Both the position numbers and the translations under genes were made by a program. The notes beneath the pieces are model-generated. The model ran no database searches. It worked only from the letters and a program-made list of their open reading frames with translations, and was not told the origin of the DNA. From positions 1,054,001 through 1,118,000 of the forward strand of contig NW_027140453.1 in the NCBI RefSeq assembly GCF_036365525.1: DNA of 64,000 bases, in the 5' to 3' direction. Source of the stretch: Heterodontus francisci (lineage: Eukaryota). Below, piece after piece: positions 25,263-37,325 of this stretch (position 1 is the first letter of the stretch; every line of letters begins with the position of its first letter).

Positions 25263-25569
25263 CACAGCGGTTCAGAGTCATTGGCTGCCTTGACAAAAAC
25301 CCTCACATGTCTCCCTTCAAACAGATGCATTTAACCCAGCATTCGGTGAAGAGCAGCCCTGGGTGATCGGATGCGGATCTGCATCTGTTCAGTGCCCGTT
25401 CGAGTGGCAGAACTCCCATGTTCTAACTCCCCACAACCAGATATATGTAAATGGATGCTGGATAAAAACATTAGGCAGCAGGAAATAGCATGTCATACTG
25501 ATAGGGCTGGATGAAGACATTGTTTATGTTCTTTCATCGGATGTTGGAATAAAATATGAGAATAAGCTA

Positions 25570-25960
25570 ACCAGCAATATAAAAACAGATGGTAGGAGCT
25601 TTTACATAAAAAGCAAGAGAGTAGCTAAAGTTGACGTTGGTCCCTTGGAGGTAAAGACAGGAATAATTATCATGGGGAATGGGGAAATGGCAGGGGCATT
25701 GAACTAATATTTTGTGCCTGTCTTCACAGTAGAAGACACAAGTTCCATCCCAGAAATAGACAGTAATGTGGGGGCTAAGAAGAGTGAGGAAATTAAGGAT
25801 ATTCATATCAATTGAGAAAAAGTCTTGGAGAAACTTCAGGGCTTAAAATCTGACAAGTCCCCTGGAACAGATGGATTTCATACTTGAGTTCCAAAAGAGA
25901 TAGCTGCAGAGAGAGTGGAGGCGATGGCTATGATTTTCCAGAATTCCTTAGATTCAGAAT
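25570..25960 (+). mobile_element. CR1 LINE internal fragment
   Basis: Degenerate ..FTVED..LKSDKSPGTDG.. sequence preceding the RT domain. Confidence 0.7.
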
Positions 25961-26439
25961 TTAAATTCTGCCATCTGACCTGGTGGGATTCGAACGCATG
26001 TCCCCTGGAGAATCCGCCTCCCCATACCCCCTCCACCACCACCCCCCCCCCCCCCCCGGCCTCTGGATTTCTAGCTCAGTGACATCACAACTACACTGCC
26101 ATCTGCCCCAGACTAGTCTGAAACATGGGCCCATCGGGCCAACTAGCCTGAATCTGTGCTGTAAATTCTATCTAATACGATGTCACCCGCGTCACCAGCT
26201 GAAGCAATGGATAAAAATTAGGAAGATGGAGCAATTGCAAAGCATGTCTTCATGATGCCTATTTTATCAATTGCAATGTGCAAATCGCAGGTGCCTGTAG
26301 TTACACGTTACAGCCAGGAGCTGGGGATGGAGCTCCACCGCAGCCTGAGTCCCACTTGCTTCTGAAAAGACTGAGCAAGCAATGCAGCAGTGAATTGACC
26401 CATCTACCGAATAGTGCCGGCCATCAAGCACCTAAATAT

Positions 26440-27380
26440 TCTCGCCCCATTTTCCAGCATTTGGCCCGTAGTCTTGTATGCTATGGCGTTTCAAGTGCTC
26501 ATCTAAATATTTCTTAAATGTTGTGATGCTTCCTGCCTCTACCACCTCTTTTAGCAGAGCGTTCCAGATTCCAACCACCCTCTGGTTGAAATATTTTTTC
26601 CTCAAATTCCCTCTAAACCTCCTGCCTCTTACCTTAAATCTATGCCCTGGTTCTCGCCCCTCCTATAAAGGGAAAAAAATCTTCCTATCTGACCTATCAG
26701 TGCACCTCACAATTTTGTATACCTCAATCAGGTCCCCCCTCAGCCTCCTCTGTTGGGTATAAGACAACCCGAGCCTTTTCAGTCTCTCATCATAGCTGAA
26801 ATGTTCCATCCCATGCAACATCCTGGTGAATCTCCTCTAGACCCTCTCCAGTGCAATCACATCTTTCCGAGAGTGTGGTGCCCAGAACTGTACATCCATA
26901 TCGTCCTGAAATCTAAGGCTTCCCTCTTCACTATTTACAACGTCAACAATTTTCATGTTGTCTGCGAATTTATATTTAATACCTGCTATATTCACATCAA
27001 AATCATTAATTTGCACCAGAAACAGCAAGGGCCCAGCACAGATCCCTGTGGTACACCATTGGTCACAGATTATTAGATTAGATTAGATTAGAGTTACAGC
27101 ACCGAAACAGGCCCTTCGGCCCACCGAGTCTGCGCCGACCATCAACCACCCAGGCTCCCACTCGCAAAAACAACCCTCGACCTTTACCCTCTGCCTCCTG
27201 CCAATAAGCCAATTTTGAATCCAATTTACCAAATTGCCCTGGATCCCATGGGCTCTTACCATCTTAACCAATCTCTCATGTGGGGCTTTATCAAAAGCCT
27301 TACTGAATTACATGTAGACGACATCAACTACTTACCCCTCATCTACACATCAAGTCACCTCCTCGAAAAATACAATCAAG
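26440..27380 (-). mobile_element. CR1 LINE fragment with a nested 3' SINE fragment (27072-27150)
   Basis: Minus-strand HGIQGNLVNWIQNWL, FADNMK and QFWAPH motifs; (ATTAG)n SINE tail inserted. Confidence 0.8.
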
Positions 27381-27662
27381 TTGGTATATATGTCAATCAT
27401 TTCCATCTTTATGAACATCCCCAAACCCTGCAATAGATGGGACTTTGCAAGTCAATCCTGTGTAATTCTAATTCCTACACCCACACAGGTGAAAGAACCA
27501 CCTTCTTTGTTGGATACACAAGGGAAGTTCTATTGGTTGACATTGCAATGAAGTCACTTCCACACTGCATCACAAAAGCAGGCTGTGCACCAATAGGACT
27601 GCAGTGTGTGTGAGAGCTGGACCAAGCTGGAAGGTTGAAAGAAGGGTTCACATTCCTGCATC

Positions 27663-28323
27663 ATGCTGTGTACTGTTTACCTCCATCTACTGTTTCTGCT
27701 GCTCCCAGGTTACTGCTTCTACTTGGAGGGAAATTCAGGCCCCAGTTAATCAGCTTTGAGACACAATTCCTGTTGATATCGAAGGGCTCCAGTCAGTTAG
27801 AGATTTACTGGTTTGGTTTTGCTGTTGAGGACAAGTGTCGTTATTTAGCGCCGCTGCAGTTGTGCTCAGCGATTCTGGGTATTAGCACATGACCCTGTGC
27901 TGGGGCGGCAGCGAGCTGATCGACTGTGGTGTGCATCGGGAGGTTTACCATTAAATCTCTCTCTCTCTCCTCATTGTGTCTGTTCTCTTTGACCCGATCT
28001 GTTTCTCATGTTCCTCCACAGCCCGGTCCAGGAGCGCTCTCGTTACCCAGTGGGGGAACCGGCTGACGGTCGCAGAGGGGAAAACGGCGGAAATGCACTG
28101 TTTCCAGAATGACACCAACGAGAACTACATGTACTGGTATCGCCAGCACAGCGGAGCAGGGTTGCAGCTCATAGTGACCTCGGTTGGTACCTCTGATTCA
28201 ACGCCTGAAGACGGTTTCAAGGAGAGATTTAAAGCCACCAGACCCGATCTTAAAACCTGCAGCCTGAAAATACTGAGGGTGGATCAGACTGACAGGGCGG
28301 TGTATTACTGTGCTGCTAGTGAT
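27663..28323 (+). CDS. TRBV: TRB V segment V8 (D-proximal): leader exon 27663-27708 (MLCTVYLHLLFLLLP), V exon 28022-28323; apparently functional
   Basis: G|gttact donor and ccacag acceptor. LVTQW..MHC..MYWYRQ..DRAVYYCAAS. 23-RSS CACAGTG (28324-28330)-23-TCAAAAACA (28354-28362). Confidence 0.93.
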
Positions 28324-29079
28324 CACAGTGATTCAAACAGGAGCAGGGCTGCGTCAAAAACATACCACCCTCTTATACTGTGAGTGTTAGAGAGGAAAAC
28401 TCAAGGAAGCAGAGCTCATAAAGACAGCTGTTCATTGATGAAACTTTGCAGAGTTTTCCATCAACTTTCAGAGTGTAGAAATAATCCAATAGTTTCTCAG
28501 TGCTCCCAGAGAGACAGCTCAAAATCCAGTTCCACACTTCAGTACTTTCCAAAGCGGATGAAATAATCTGCAAAGAATTGGACAATCATACAGGACAGAG
28601 GAGGCAATTCGGCCCATCGTTCCTGTGCCATCACTTCGGAAGATCTACTTATTTCATCCCACTCTCCTGCTCTTTCCTCAATGGGCGGCAGATATTTCCT
28701 GTTCAAATATATTTCCCAATCTCCTTTCTAAGTTAGTGCTGAATCTGCTTCCTCCATCCTTTCAGGCATCGCATTCCTGATCAAAATAACTCAACAAGTT
28801 AAAAGAAAAATCTCTTCAGCTGTGCTGGTATTGTCTGTGTGAGTCTGCATCTCTATCTTTCAGCTTGCAAGCAGCTCTTAAAGTGATAAATAGATGGCTT
28901 GGTTCTGCTGAAAGACAGAACTATCAAAGTTCCGATGGATAGATACATCTTATTGTCTTAGAATATCACCCTGTACCGTTTAAACTGACCATTGTTGTGT
29001 TTATTACAAATTTTACCCAATTTTGATCATCTGGTTAGCAATCAAGTTACTGCCACTTATCATCGACATTCCTCATCAC

Positions 29080-29740
29080 AGAATCAGAGAATTGGTACAG
29101 TACAGGAGGCCATTCGGCCCATCGTGTCAGAACTGGCCCTCCGAATGAGCAATTCACTTAGTCCCATTCCACCGCCTCCTTCCCGTAACCCTGCACATTC
29201 TTCCTTTTTCATAAGTCCCTTTTGAATGCCCCGATTGAACGTGCCCTCATCATACTTCCTGGGCCTGCAGTCCAGACATTAACCACTCGCTGTGTGAAAC
29301 AATTTTTTCCTCATGTCACTTTTACTTCTTTTTCCAATTAGTTTAAATCTGTGCCCTCTCATTCTCCATCCTTTCACGAGTGGGAGCAGTTTCTCTCTAT
29401 CTGTTCTGTTCCGACACCTCATGATTTTGAATCCCTCTATCAAATCACCTCTTAGCCTTCTCTCCTCCAAGGCAAGTAATCCCAACTTCTCCAATCTATC
29501 ATCATAACTGAGTTCCCTCACCCGTGGAGCCATTCTCCTGAATCTTTCCCTCACTCTCTCCAATTCTTTCATTTCTTTCCTCAAGTGCGGCTCCCAGAAC
29601 TGGACACAATACTCCAGCTGAGGTCGAACTAGTGTCTTGTACAAGTTCAACTTACTTCCATGCTCTTGTACTCTCTGCCCCTTTTAATAAAGCCCAGGGT
29701 ACTGTATGCTTTATTAACTGCTCTCGCAACCTGTCCAGCG
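29080..29740 (-). mobile_element. CR1 LINE 3' fragment
   Basis: ORF 29279..29650: LYKTLVRPQLEYCVQFW..RRLRGDLIE. Confidence 0.88.
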
Positions 29741-31759
29741 CCAACCATGAATAATGCTTGTGGTTAATCTGCGTATCAGTATATTTTTATTGACAAACCG
29801 CTAACTTATCCATCTCATTTTCAGAAATTATATTCCGATATCCCTAGGTCGAGCAATCCCCACCTTCCTGGAATGCACTGTCTCATAACTGCATTCAATT
29901 CACGTACTTTGGTCTAACGAAGGCGCAGCAGGAATTCCCAGGCGCTGGGGCCGAGCTTTCAGCTGAAACTTGGTCCAACTGGTGGATGGTCCATCGAGCT
30001 GACTGAGACTGTCACTGGTGTCACAGTGAATCTCAAGAATAAGGTTTATCCGGCATCTCTCAGATCTGTACTCTCTGAATTAAACTGTGTTGGGTTCTAG
30101 CACTAAGCTAAACAGGGCACTGGTATGGAAGGCTGCATTCTGAAGAGGCAGGCTTAGGAATGCAGGATTTGCTAGATGCCAAAAAAACCCAGGACACCTC
30201 GTTCACCTTCTGGTATCCTTGTGGACCAATAATGTCGTTGTTGATGATGGTGGCCTTTGTAACAGCAGTTGTTCTGTTCCGGGGCGGGTATTCCAGCAAT
30301 GATGCTCACCATAAAGCTGCTGGATTGGCGGAAAGAGCCACCTGGTTCAGTGATATCCTTTAGGGAAGGGATTTCGCCTCCCTCACCCTGTCTGGACTCA
30401 CAGTGACTCCAGACCCCGGCAGCAGTGCTGTTCACCCTTCATTGCCCTGAGGAATGGGCCTAGTCAGCCACGCAGTTGCATTCAAGAAGAAGTCTGCTCA
30501 ACATCGGTTAGACTTGGGAATAAACGTAGCCCTCGCCAGCCCTCATCCCGTCACAGAACAGAAATAAACCAATTGTGGTGACTTGATCTACAACAGGGCC
30601 CATGCATGAGGTGGGGAAAGCACCAAAATGTCAAGCCCAAAGTCCCTGTTCCTCCCAAGCAGGCAGCTCTTGTCACATGTCATGTCTCAAATCAATCATC
30701 GACTGCATCCCAAAAATGTTCCTCACTGAAGGAAATCTATCAAATCTGGATATGGATGGATCAATACCACGGGGCAAACACAGTCTTAGGGCCCCTATTG
30801 AAAAAGGAATGACCGGTGTCTCATTGACATACCTCCACATGTCATGTTAAACCTCTTCAACACTGACCTGTTCAGATGATAACCAGCCTGCTCTTGACAG
30901 AATTCCCTGGCGTTCTGGGAGGAATTTGTCCCAGGGCAGTTCCTACTCCAACACAGCCATATAAGTAGGGTTTGCTTGACTGGAACCCGGTCTGCAGTGA
31001 GAATGCACCCATAGAGATAACAGATAAGGTTCACAGACTCCCAATAGCTTTGTTGTCACGCTTCATATGCCAAAGGGTGGAGAATAGTTTTACTTTTATT
31101 AAATAAAGGCAATGATGTCAAGTTGTTCCTTTCTGATCTGTCCACATTTTGGCATCACAGAAAGATTCAACAGAAAGGAGATCATCCCGCCTCTGCTTGC
31201 TTTTGTGAAAAAATCTATCCAGTTAGTCCCACTCTCCTGCCCTTTTGCCATAGCCCTGGAAATCTTCTGCTCCAAGGATCTATCCAATTCCCTTTTGAAA
31301 GCTGAATCCCATTCCACTGCCCTTTCAGGCGATGTGTTCCAGATCATTAATACCCGTCCCAGTCAGAATCATTCTCCTCGTCCCGCTTCTGCTTCTTTTG
31401 CCACTGACCCTAAATCAGCACCTCCCTGGTGAGCGACCTTCCTGCCACAGAAAACAGCTTCGCTCTGTTCAATTTATCAAAACCCTTCCTGATTTCCAAC
31501 ACCACCTTCCTCTGGGTCCCTTAACTTTCTCTGCTCTGATTATAATTCATTCCGATTGCCTGGAAATTGCACTGAAATCGACAAACTTCCCTTATCAAGA
31601 TCTGTTGGCCCGTAACTGGCTTCAGGGTTTGCCATGACGAGACTTCATGGTCAAGTGAAACACGGGATAGACCAGAAGAGAAAGATAATATTTTAGACCG
31701 TATGTGCTGTGATGACACAATGACCTGACACTGCAAACGCGCAGGAACCACTTACATCA

Positions 31760-32420
31760 GAACATTAGAAAATAGGAGCAGGAGTAAGCCATTCGGCCCG
31801 CCGTGTCTGCTCCTCCACGTAATGAAGATCTTGAGGATCTGCTACCTTCACTCCACTTCCCCGCCATATTCCTACATCCCTGGATTCCCTTGGTGCCTAA
31901 AATCTATGGATCTCATGTCTTCAATATTTTCATTGACTGAGAATCCAAAGCTCTCCGAATTCCAAAGAGTCATAACCCTCTGAGTGAAGACATTCCTCCT
32001 CATCTAAGTACGATAGACGACCCCTTATCCTGAAGCTTCGACCCCTTATTTCTAGGTTCTCCAGCCAGGGGGGAAACAGCCTCTCAGTGTGTCCCCTGTC
32101 AAACCCTCTCATCATCTTGTACGTTTCAAATGGATCACCTCTGATTCTTCCAGAGAATAACAGCCCATTCGACTCAATTTCTCCTCATTGGGCAGCCTTC
32201 TCCTCCGAGGAACCAATTGAGTGAACCTTCGTTGCAACCTCCGCTGAGGCAAATACATGCTTCAGTAGATAAGGAAAGCAACACTCTATACAACACTATA
32301 GGTGTGTTGTTACCAAAGTCCTAACTAGCTGCAGAAGAATTTTCTTACTCTTATGTTTCAAACGCCTTATAATAAAAGCTAACATGTTACTCGCCTTCCT
32401 AATTCCTTGCTGTACATTGA
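31760..32420 (-). mobile_element. CR1 LINE 3' fragment
   Basis: MMRGFDR..RLFP..IRGR motif and CR1-type 3' tail. Confidence 0.75.
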
Positions 32421-33148
32421 TGTAAAATTATTCTGGTTCATATACACGAGTCCCTCTTGCAGTATCAATAATGAGAAGAATGTTGCTATTGAAATTACTC
32501 ACCCTGTTGCTCGACCACTTTTGCTACAGCCCCAGATATTTTCAGATTGGACTGGAGTTCCCGAAATCTACAACATGCCGTCATTTCTTTTTCTTGGCTT
32601 TTATTAAGTGGAAGACTTTTAATGGGCTCCCGGCGCTAAGATTTCCCCCAGTCTTTACGGATTAGTGATGCTGTTCACATTTCCAACCTGCATTATGCGA
32701 GTGAAGTCGAAAGTGAGTTCCTGAGCTAATGTGCTCTCTAATTATTGAAGCAAAATTGCAGGGATGCAGATCAGAAGTCTTTTCCACGTGCCAACAAGAT
32801 AGTAACCCTTTACTTGCAGGCTCCAAGATCAAGCAGCGTTATAAAACTCCCGGTCGGCACCCTGTCTCGAAATACCAATGTGAGGTGAATTCACATAACC
32901 AGGAATGAATTCCAACTGATGCATCTTAGATCCAATATTGGTAGCGGAGGGGTGGGTGGAGGGAGGGGGGGAGTTTTGCTCCACTTGTCACCATCTGGTT
33001 ATCTTTGCACATGGCAATAAATAATCCTACGTCTCACTGGAAGTAGGTAGCATTGATCATACTCCGGCTGCGACTCGGTAACGCCAGATGAATGATCCAA
33101 ATGGTAAATGGTGATGAAAATCATTCAGGCTCCATCGTATTGCCTCTG

Positions 33149-33167
33149 CGGCCGCCAGAGGGCGCGA
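33149..33167 (+). promoter_or_regulatory. Candidate CTCF-binding element between V cluster and D1
   Basis: CGGCCGCCAGAGGGCGCGA closely matches the CTCF core CCRSYAGRKGGCRS and lies in non-repetitive DNA. Confidence 0.6.
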
Positions 33168-33709
33168 TCACTCGCTGAATGGAAATTCATTGTCTGACAT
33201 CTGATCGAACTCGATTTGCAGCCCCGGGTTCTGCGTAGTACTGCGCCAACTGAGAATGACCAGATAATATGTTTTAGTAAAGTTGGTTGAGGGATGACTA
33301 TTGTGCCTGGAAACCCTGGAGAATGCCCCTGTTATTCTCCGAAATAGTGGCTTTGGAATCCTACCCGTCTGCAGTGGGGGCCTCGTTTTAACATCTCAGC
33401 CAAAATAAAGAGAGTAACTCGGTGCGACACCTCCACACGGTGCAGCACTTTCTCTGTCCTGCACTGGGGGTGTCAGCCTAGATTTTGTGCTTAAATCTCT
33501 GTACAGGGTCTTCAACCCACAAACCTCCGACTCAGTGCCGAGGTGCTCCCCACTAAACTACAGCTGATATATAAAGACACATCAGAGGAAGTGGTCAGTC
33601 ACACAGGATACTTTGAGGTTCTCCCATCTGCAGAGATGATGAATACGACACGGCCTTTTGAAACAGCCAGCACTCTGTAGACGAATCAGAAAACCAAGAG
33701 TCGGATACA

Positions 33710-34850
33710 CATTTTTTGATGAGGTAACAGAGAGGGTTAATGAGGGTAATGCGGTTGATGTGGTGTACATGAACTTCAAAAAAAGCGTTTGTTAAAGTAC
33801 TACATAACAGGCTTGTCAGCAAAGATAAAGCCCATGGAATAAAAGGGGCATTAGCAACATGGATACAAAGTGACAGGGAGCAGAGTAGTGGTAAACAGTT
33901 GTTGTTCAGACTGGAGGAAGGTATATAGTGCGGTTCTCCAGGGGCCACTGTTTTTCTTGATCGATATTAATGACCTAGACTTGGGTGGGCAGGGCACAAT
34001 TTCAAACTTTGCAGATGACACAAAACGTGGAAGTATTATGAACCGTGAGGAGGATGGTGATAGATTTTAAGAGGATGTAGAATGGCTGGTGGAATGGGCG
34101 GGCAAATAGCAAATGCAGTTTATTACATAAAAGTGTGAAGTGTTTCATTTTGGTGGTGAAAACGAGGAGAGACAATCTCAAATAAAGGATACAATTCTAA
34201 AGGTGGTGCAGGAACAGAGAGACCTGGGGGGTATATCAATGTAAATTACTCAAGATGACAGGGCAAGTTGAGGAAGTGGTTAATAAGGCCGACTGAATCC
34301 TGGGCTTTATCAATCGAGGCATCAAATTAAAAAGAAAAACAAAGAGGTTATGGCGAACTTCTACATAACACGGGTTCTACCTCAACTGGAATATTACACC
34401 CAATTCTGGACACCACACTTTAAGAAGGATGTAAAGGGTGCAGAAATGTTTTAAGAGATTGGTTCCAGAGATGAGGGGGCTTCAGTTACGTGGATAGATT
34501 GGAGAAGCTGGGGTGGTTCTCCATAGAGAAGAGAAACTTGAGATTAGACTTGATAGGGTTGTTCCAAATCATGAGGGGTGCGGACAGAGTAGATAGAGAG
34601 AATCTGTTCTCATTGGCAGAAGTCTGGAGAACCAGGGGACACCAGTTTAAGGTAAACGGCAAAAAAACCCAAACAAACAAACGTGACAGGGGAAAACCCT
34701 TTTCAACACAGTGAGTGTTATGATCTGCGATGCACTGCCTGACAGTGCGATGGAGATAGAGTCAATCGAGGTCCAGGATAATTACCTGAAGAGAAACAAA
34801 AATTTACAGGACTACAGGGAAAAGGCCGGGGAATGGGACAAGCTGAGTTG
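33710..34850 (+). mobile_element. CR1 LINE RT/3' fragment
   Basis: VDVVYMNF, INDLD, FADDTK and DRLEKLGWFS motifs, frameshifted. Confidence 0.88.
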
Positions 34851-35546
34851 TTAGACTGGTGGTGATGTTACTGGACCAGTAAGCCAACAGCCCGGGCTGG
34901 CGCTTTGGTAGTCGCGAGTTCAAACCCCACTGCAGCCTTCAGAAGAGTTGAAGTTCAATTGATTGAGATAAAGTACCAGTGACATGAATTATGACCATGA
35001 AACTACCTGATTGTTGTTGGTTCTCTAATGTCCCACAGGAAAACATTTGCCCTACTTACCCCCTTCTACCTGACTCCTGGTCCACATCAATGTAGTTATC
35101 ACTTAACTGTTCTCCCAGTGCCACTCAGTTGCATCAAGTGACGACAGGCAAGTGCTGAAAATTGGAGCAACAAAACGCGAAATCCCGGTCGTGACAAATT
35201 CCAGTTACTTTTTCTGTGACCAGTTTAGTTCGTGTCTACCCGTAGAAGGAACATAAAGCGAAACTGCCGGCAGAATCAGTTTCTGGAGGACATGCTCCAA
35301 GTCCTGGACCTCCTGTTCACAAATGTGACTTGCATTTATACAGCGACTTCAGCGTCCGTAGAGAAAACGTCCCGAAAACGGTCCGGTTTGGAGGAGAGGG
35401 TGGTGGAGAGGGTTAGGGAGGGAATTGCAGAGCTGATGTCGCTGTCAGAGGAAGGAACGGCCGAGAAATGAAGAAGCGATCAGGGTTAGTGGAGCAATAT
35501 CACCACCTACCGCCCATCGATCGCCAATGCAGCCAACTTGGTCAAT

Positions 35547-35932
35547 TCAGTACTGAGGGGGTGTTGCACTGTTGGAGGGTCAGTACCGAGGGAGTGCTGC
35601 ACTGTCAGAGGGTTAGTACAGAGGGAGTGCTGCACTGTTGGAGGGTCAGTACCGAGGGAGTGCTGCACTGTCAGAGAGTCAGTACTGAAGGAGTGCTGCA
35701 TTGTTGGAGGGTCAGTACTGAGGGAGTGCTGCACTGTCAGAGGGTCAGTACTGTGGGAGTGCTGCACTGTTGGAGGGTCAGTACTGCGGGAGCACTGCAC
35801 TTTCAGAGGATCAGTACTGAGGAAGTGCTGCACTGTCAGAGGGTCATTACTGAGGGAGCACTGCACTGTCAGAGGGTCATTACTGAGGGAGCACTGCACT
35901 GTCAGAGGGTCAGTACTAAGGGAGTGCTGCAT
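35547..35932. repeat. 33-bp minisatellite (cagtactgagggagtgctgcactgtcagagggt)n, ~12 units
   Basis: Directly visible; translates as the 11-aa repeat STEGVLHCQRV. Confidence 0.93.
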
Positions 35933-36019
35933 TTTCACCTGAGATGTTAAACCAGCGGCTGGTTTGCCTTCTCAGGTGAGATGCACTATATCCCTTGGTC
36001 TGTGCCGTGAGGCAAATAG

Positions 36020-36550
36020 CAAAGAAGCAGCCCATTCGGCCCAACACATTCATGCTGGTGTTCATCCTCCACTCGAGCTTCCTCGCTCCCGTCTTCATCT
36101 CTTCCCATCAATAGATCCTTCTAAATCTCCTTCCCCCTATTTATGTACCTAGCTTCCCTCTTGGATACATCTCCGCTATTCGCCTTATCCCACTCCCTAC
36201 ATCCTCCCACTCTCTGGGTAAAGAATTTTCTCCTGAATTCCCGATTTTATTTATTAGTGACTATCTTCTGTTGATGTTTCGGAGTTCCTGACTCCCCCAC
36301 CAGTGAAAACATCTTTTTCACGTCTACCCTATCCAAAGCCCTTTCATAATCTTAAAGCCCTCCATCAGATCACCCCCTCAGCCTTCTCTTTCCAGCTCTT
36401 CCTGATAACTATAACCTCTCAGTTCTGATATCATCCTTGTCATTACTTTTTTGCCCCTTCTCCTGTATCTCTATATCTCTTAAAATGAATAACAGAACTG
36501 TGAAAAGTGCTCTAACTGTGGTCTAAGGAAGATTCTATACAAGTTGAACA
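36020..36550 (-). mobile_element. CR1 LINE 3' fragment
   Basis: cattcggccc tail and degenerate CR1 3' coding sequence. Confidence 0.7.
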
Positions 36551-37325
36551 TGACTTCTCATCGCTCTATAATGTCCAGGGAACTTTTAGAAGCAGCAATG
36601 GATTCCTACTTTGTGCCATGTTTGCAAAAGGACAAAGGGAAATGTACTTACTTTGATGACTCCATAATGGCCTTTCTTTGAAAATGTTTTGTGCCCATAT
36701 CCCAATCCTTCATTCAACGTCCACCTTTATTGTTAGACATTTTTGGAACCTCTTCAACCCAGAAACTCGCGTCACTTTCATCTGAAGAGCAAGCAGCAGA
36801 AGAACAGAACAAAAGAGTAAAACCCTCAATGTTGTGGCTGAGGACCAGGTGCATGGGCGATGGGTGTTGGTGTGCAGACAAATCAGCTGAAATGATAACA
36901 GCACTGCGCACATCAACAGAACACCTGGGAACTTGCACACCCCTAGTTTGGAAGACCTTGGACTCTCTGAGTGATAGGTGAAGAGACTGCAGTGTGCACA
37001 ATTTACTGGATACAGTAAGTGCGTTCTATCTGAGGACCCGTAGCCGGTGCTTCTTGAGATCCTACAGGTTGTGGAGGGACAATGCAGGGAAAGAAAAGGG
37101 TAAGGGACGGAGGCAGGGATTGGGATAAGGGGTGCAACAGAGGGAGGGAATTGAGAGGGACAGAAAGAAANNNNNNNNNNNNNNNNNNNNNNNNNNNNNN
37201 NNNNNNNNNNNNNNNNNNNNNNNNNNNNNNNNNNNNNNNNNNNNNNNNNNNNNNNNNNNNNNNNNNNNNNNNNNNNNNNNNNNNNNNNNNNNNNNNNNNN
37301 NNNNNNNNNNNNNNNNNNNNNNNNN

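Noticed and set aside
30022-30060. Isolated perfect CACAGTG heptamers (30022, ~30398, ~59286 and the SINE 5' ends)
   Set aside because: No nonamer at 12 or 23 nt and no adjacent V, D or J coding sequence.
35468-35950. 160-aa ORF with STEGVLHCQRV repeats resembling a Cys/His metal-binding protein
   Set aside because: Translation of a 33-bp minisatellite; its CACTGTC/T words have no spaced nonamer, so they are not RSSs either.
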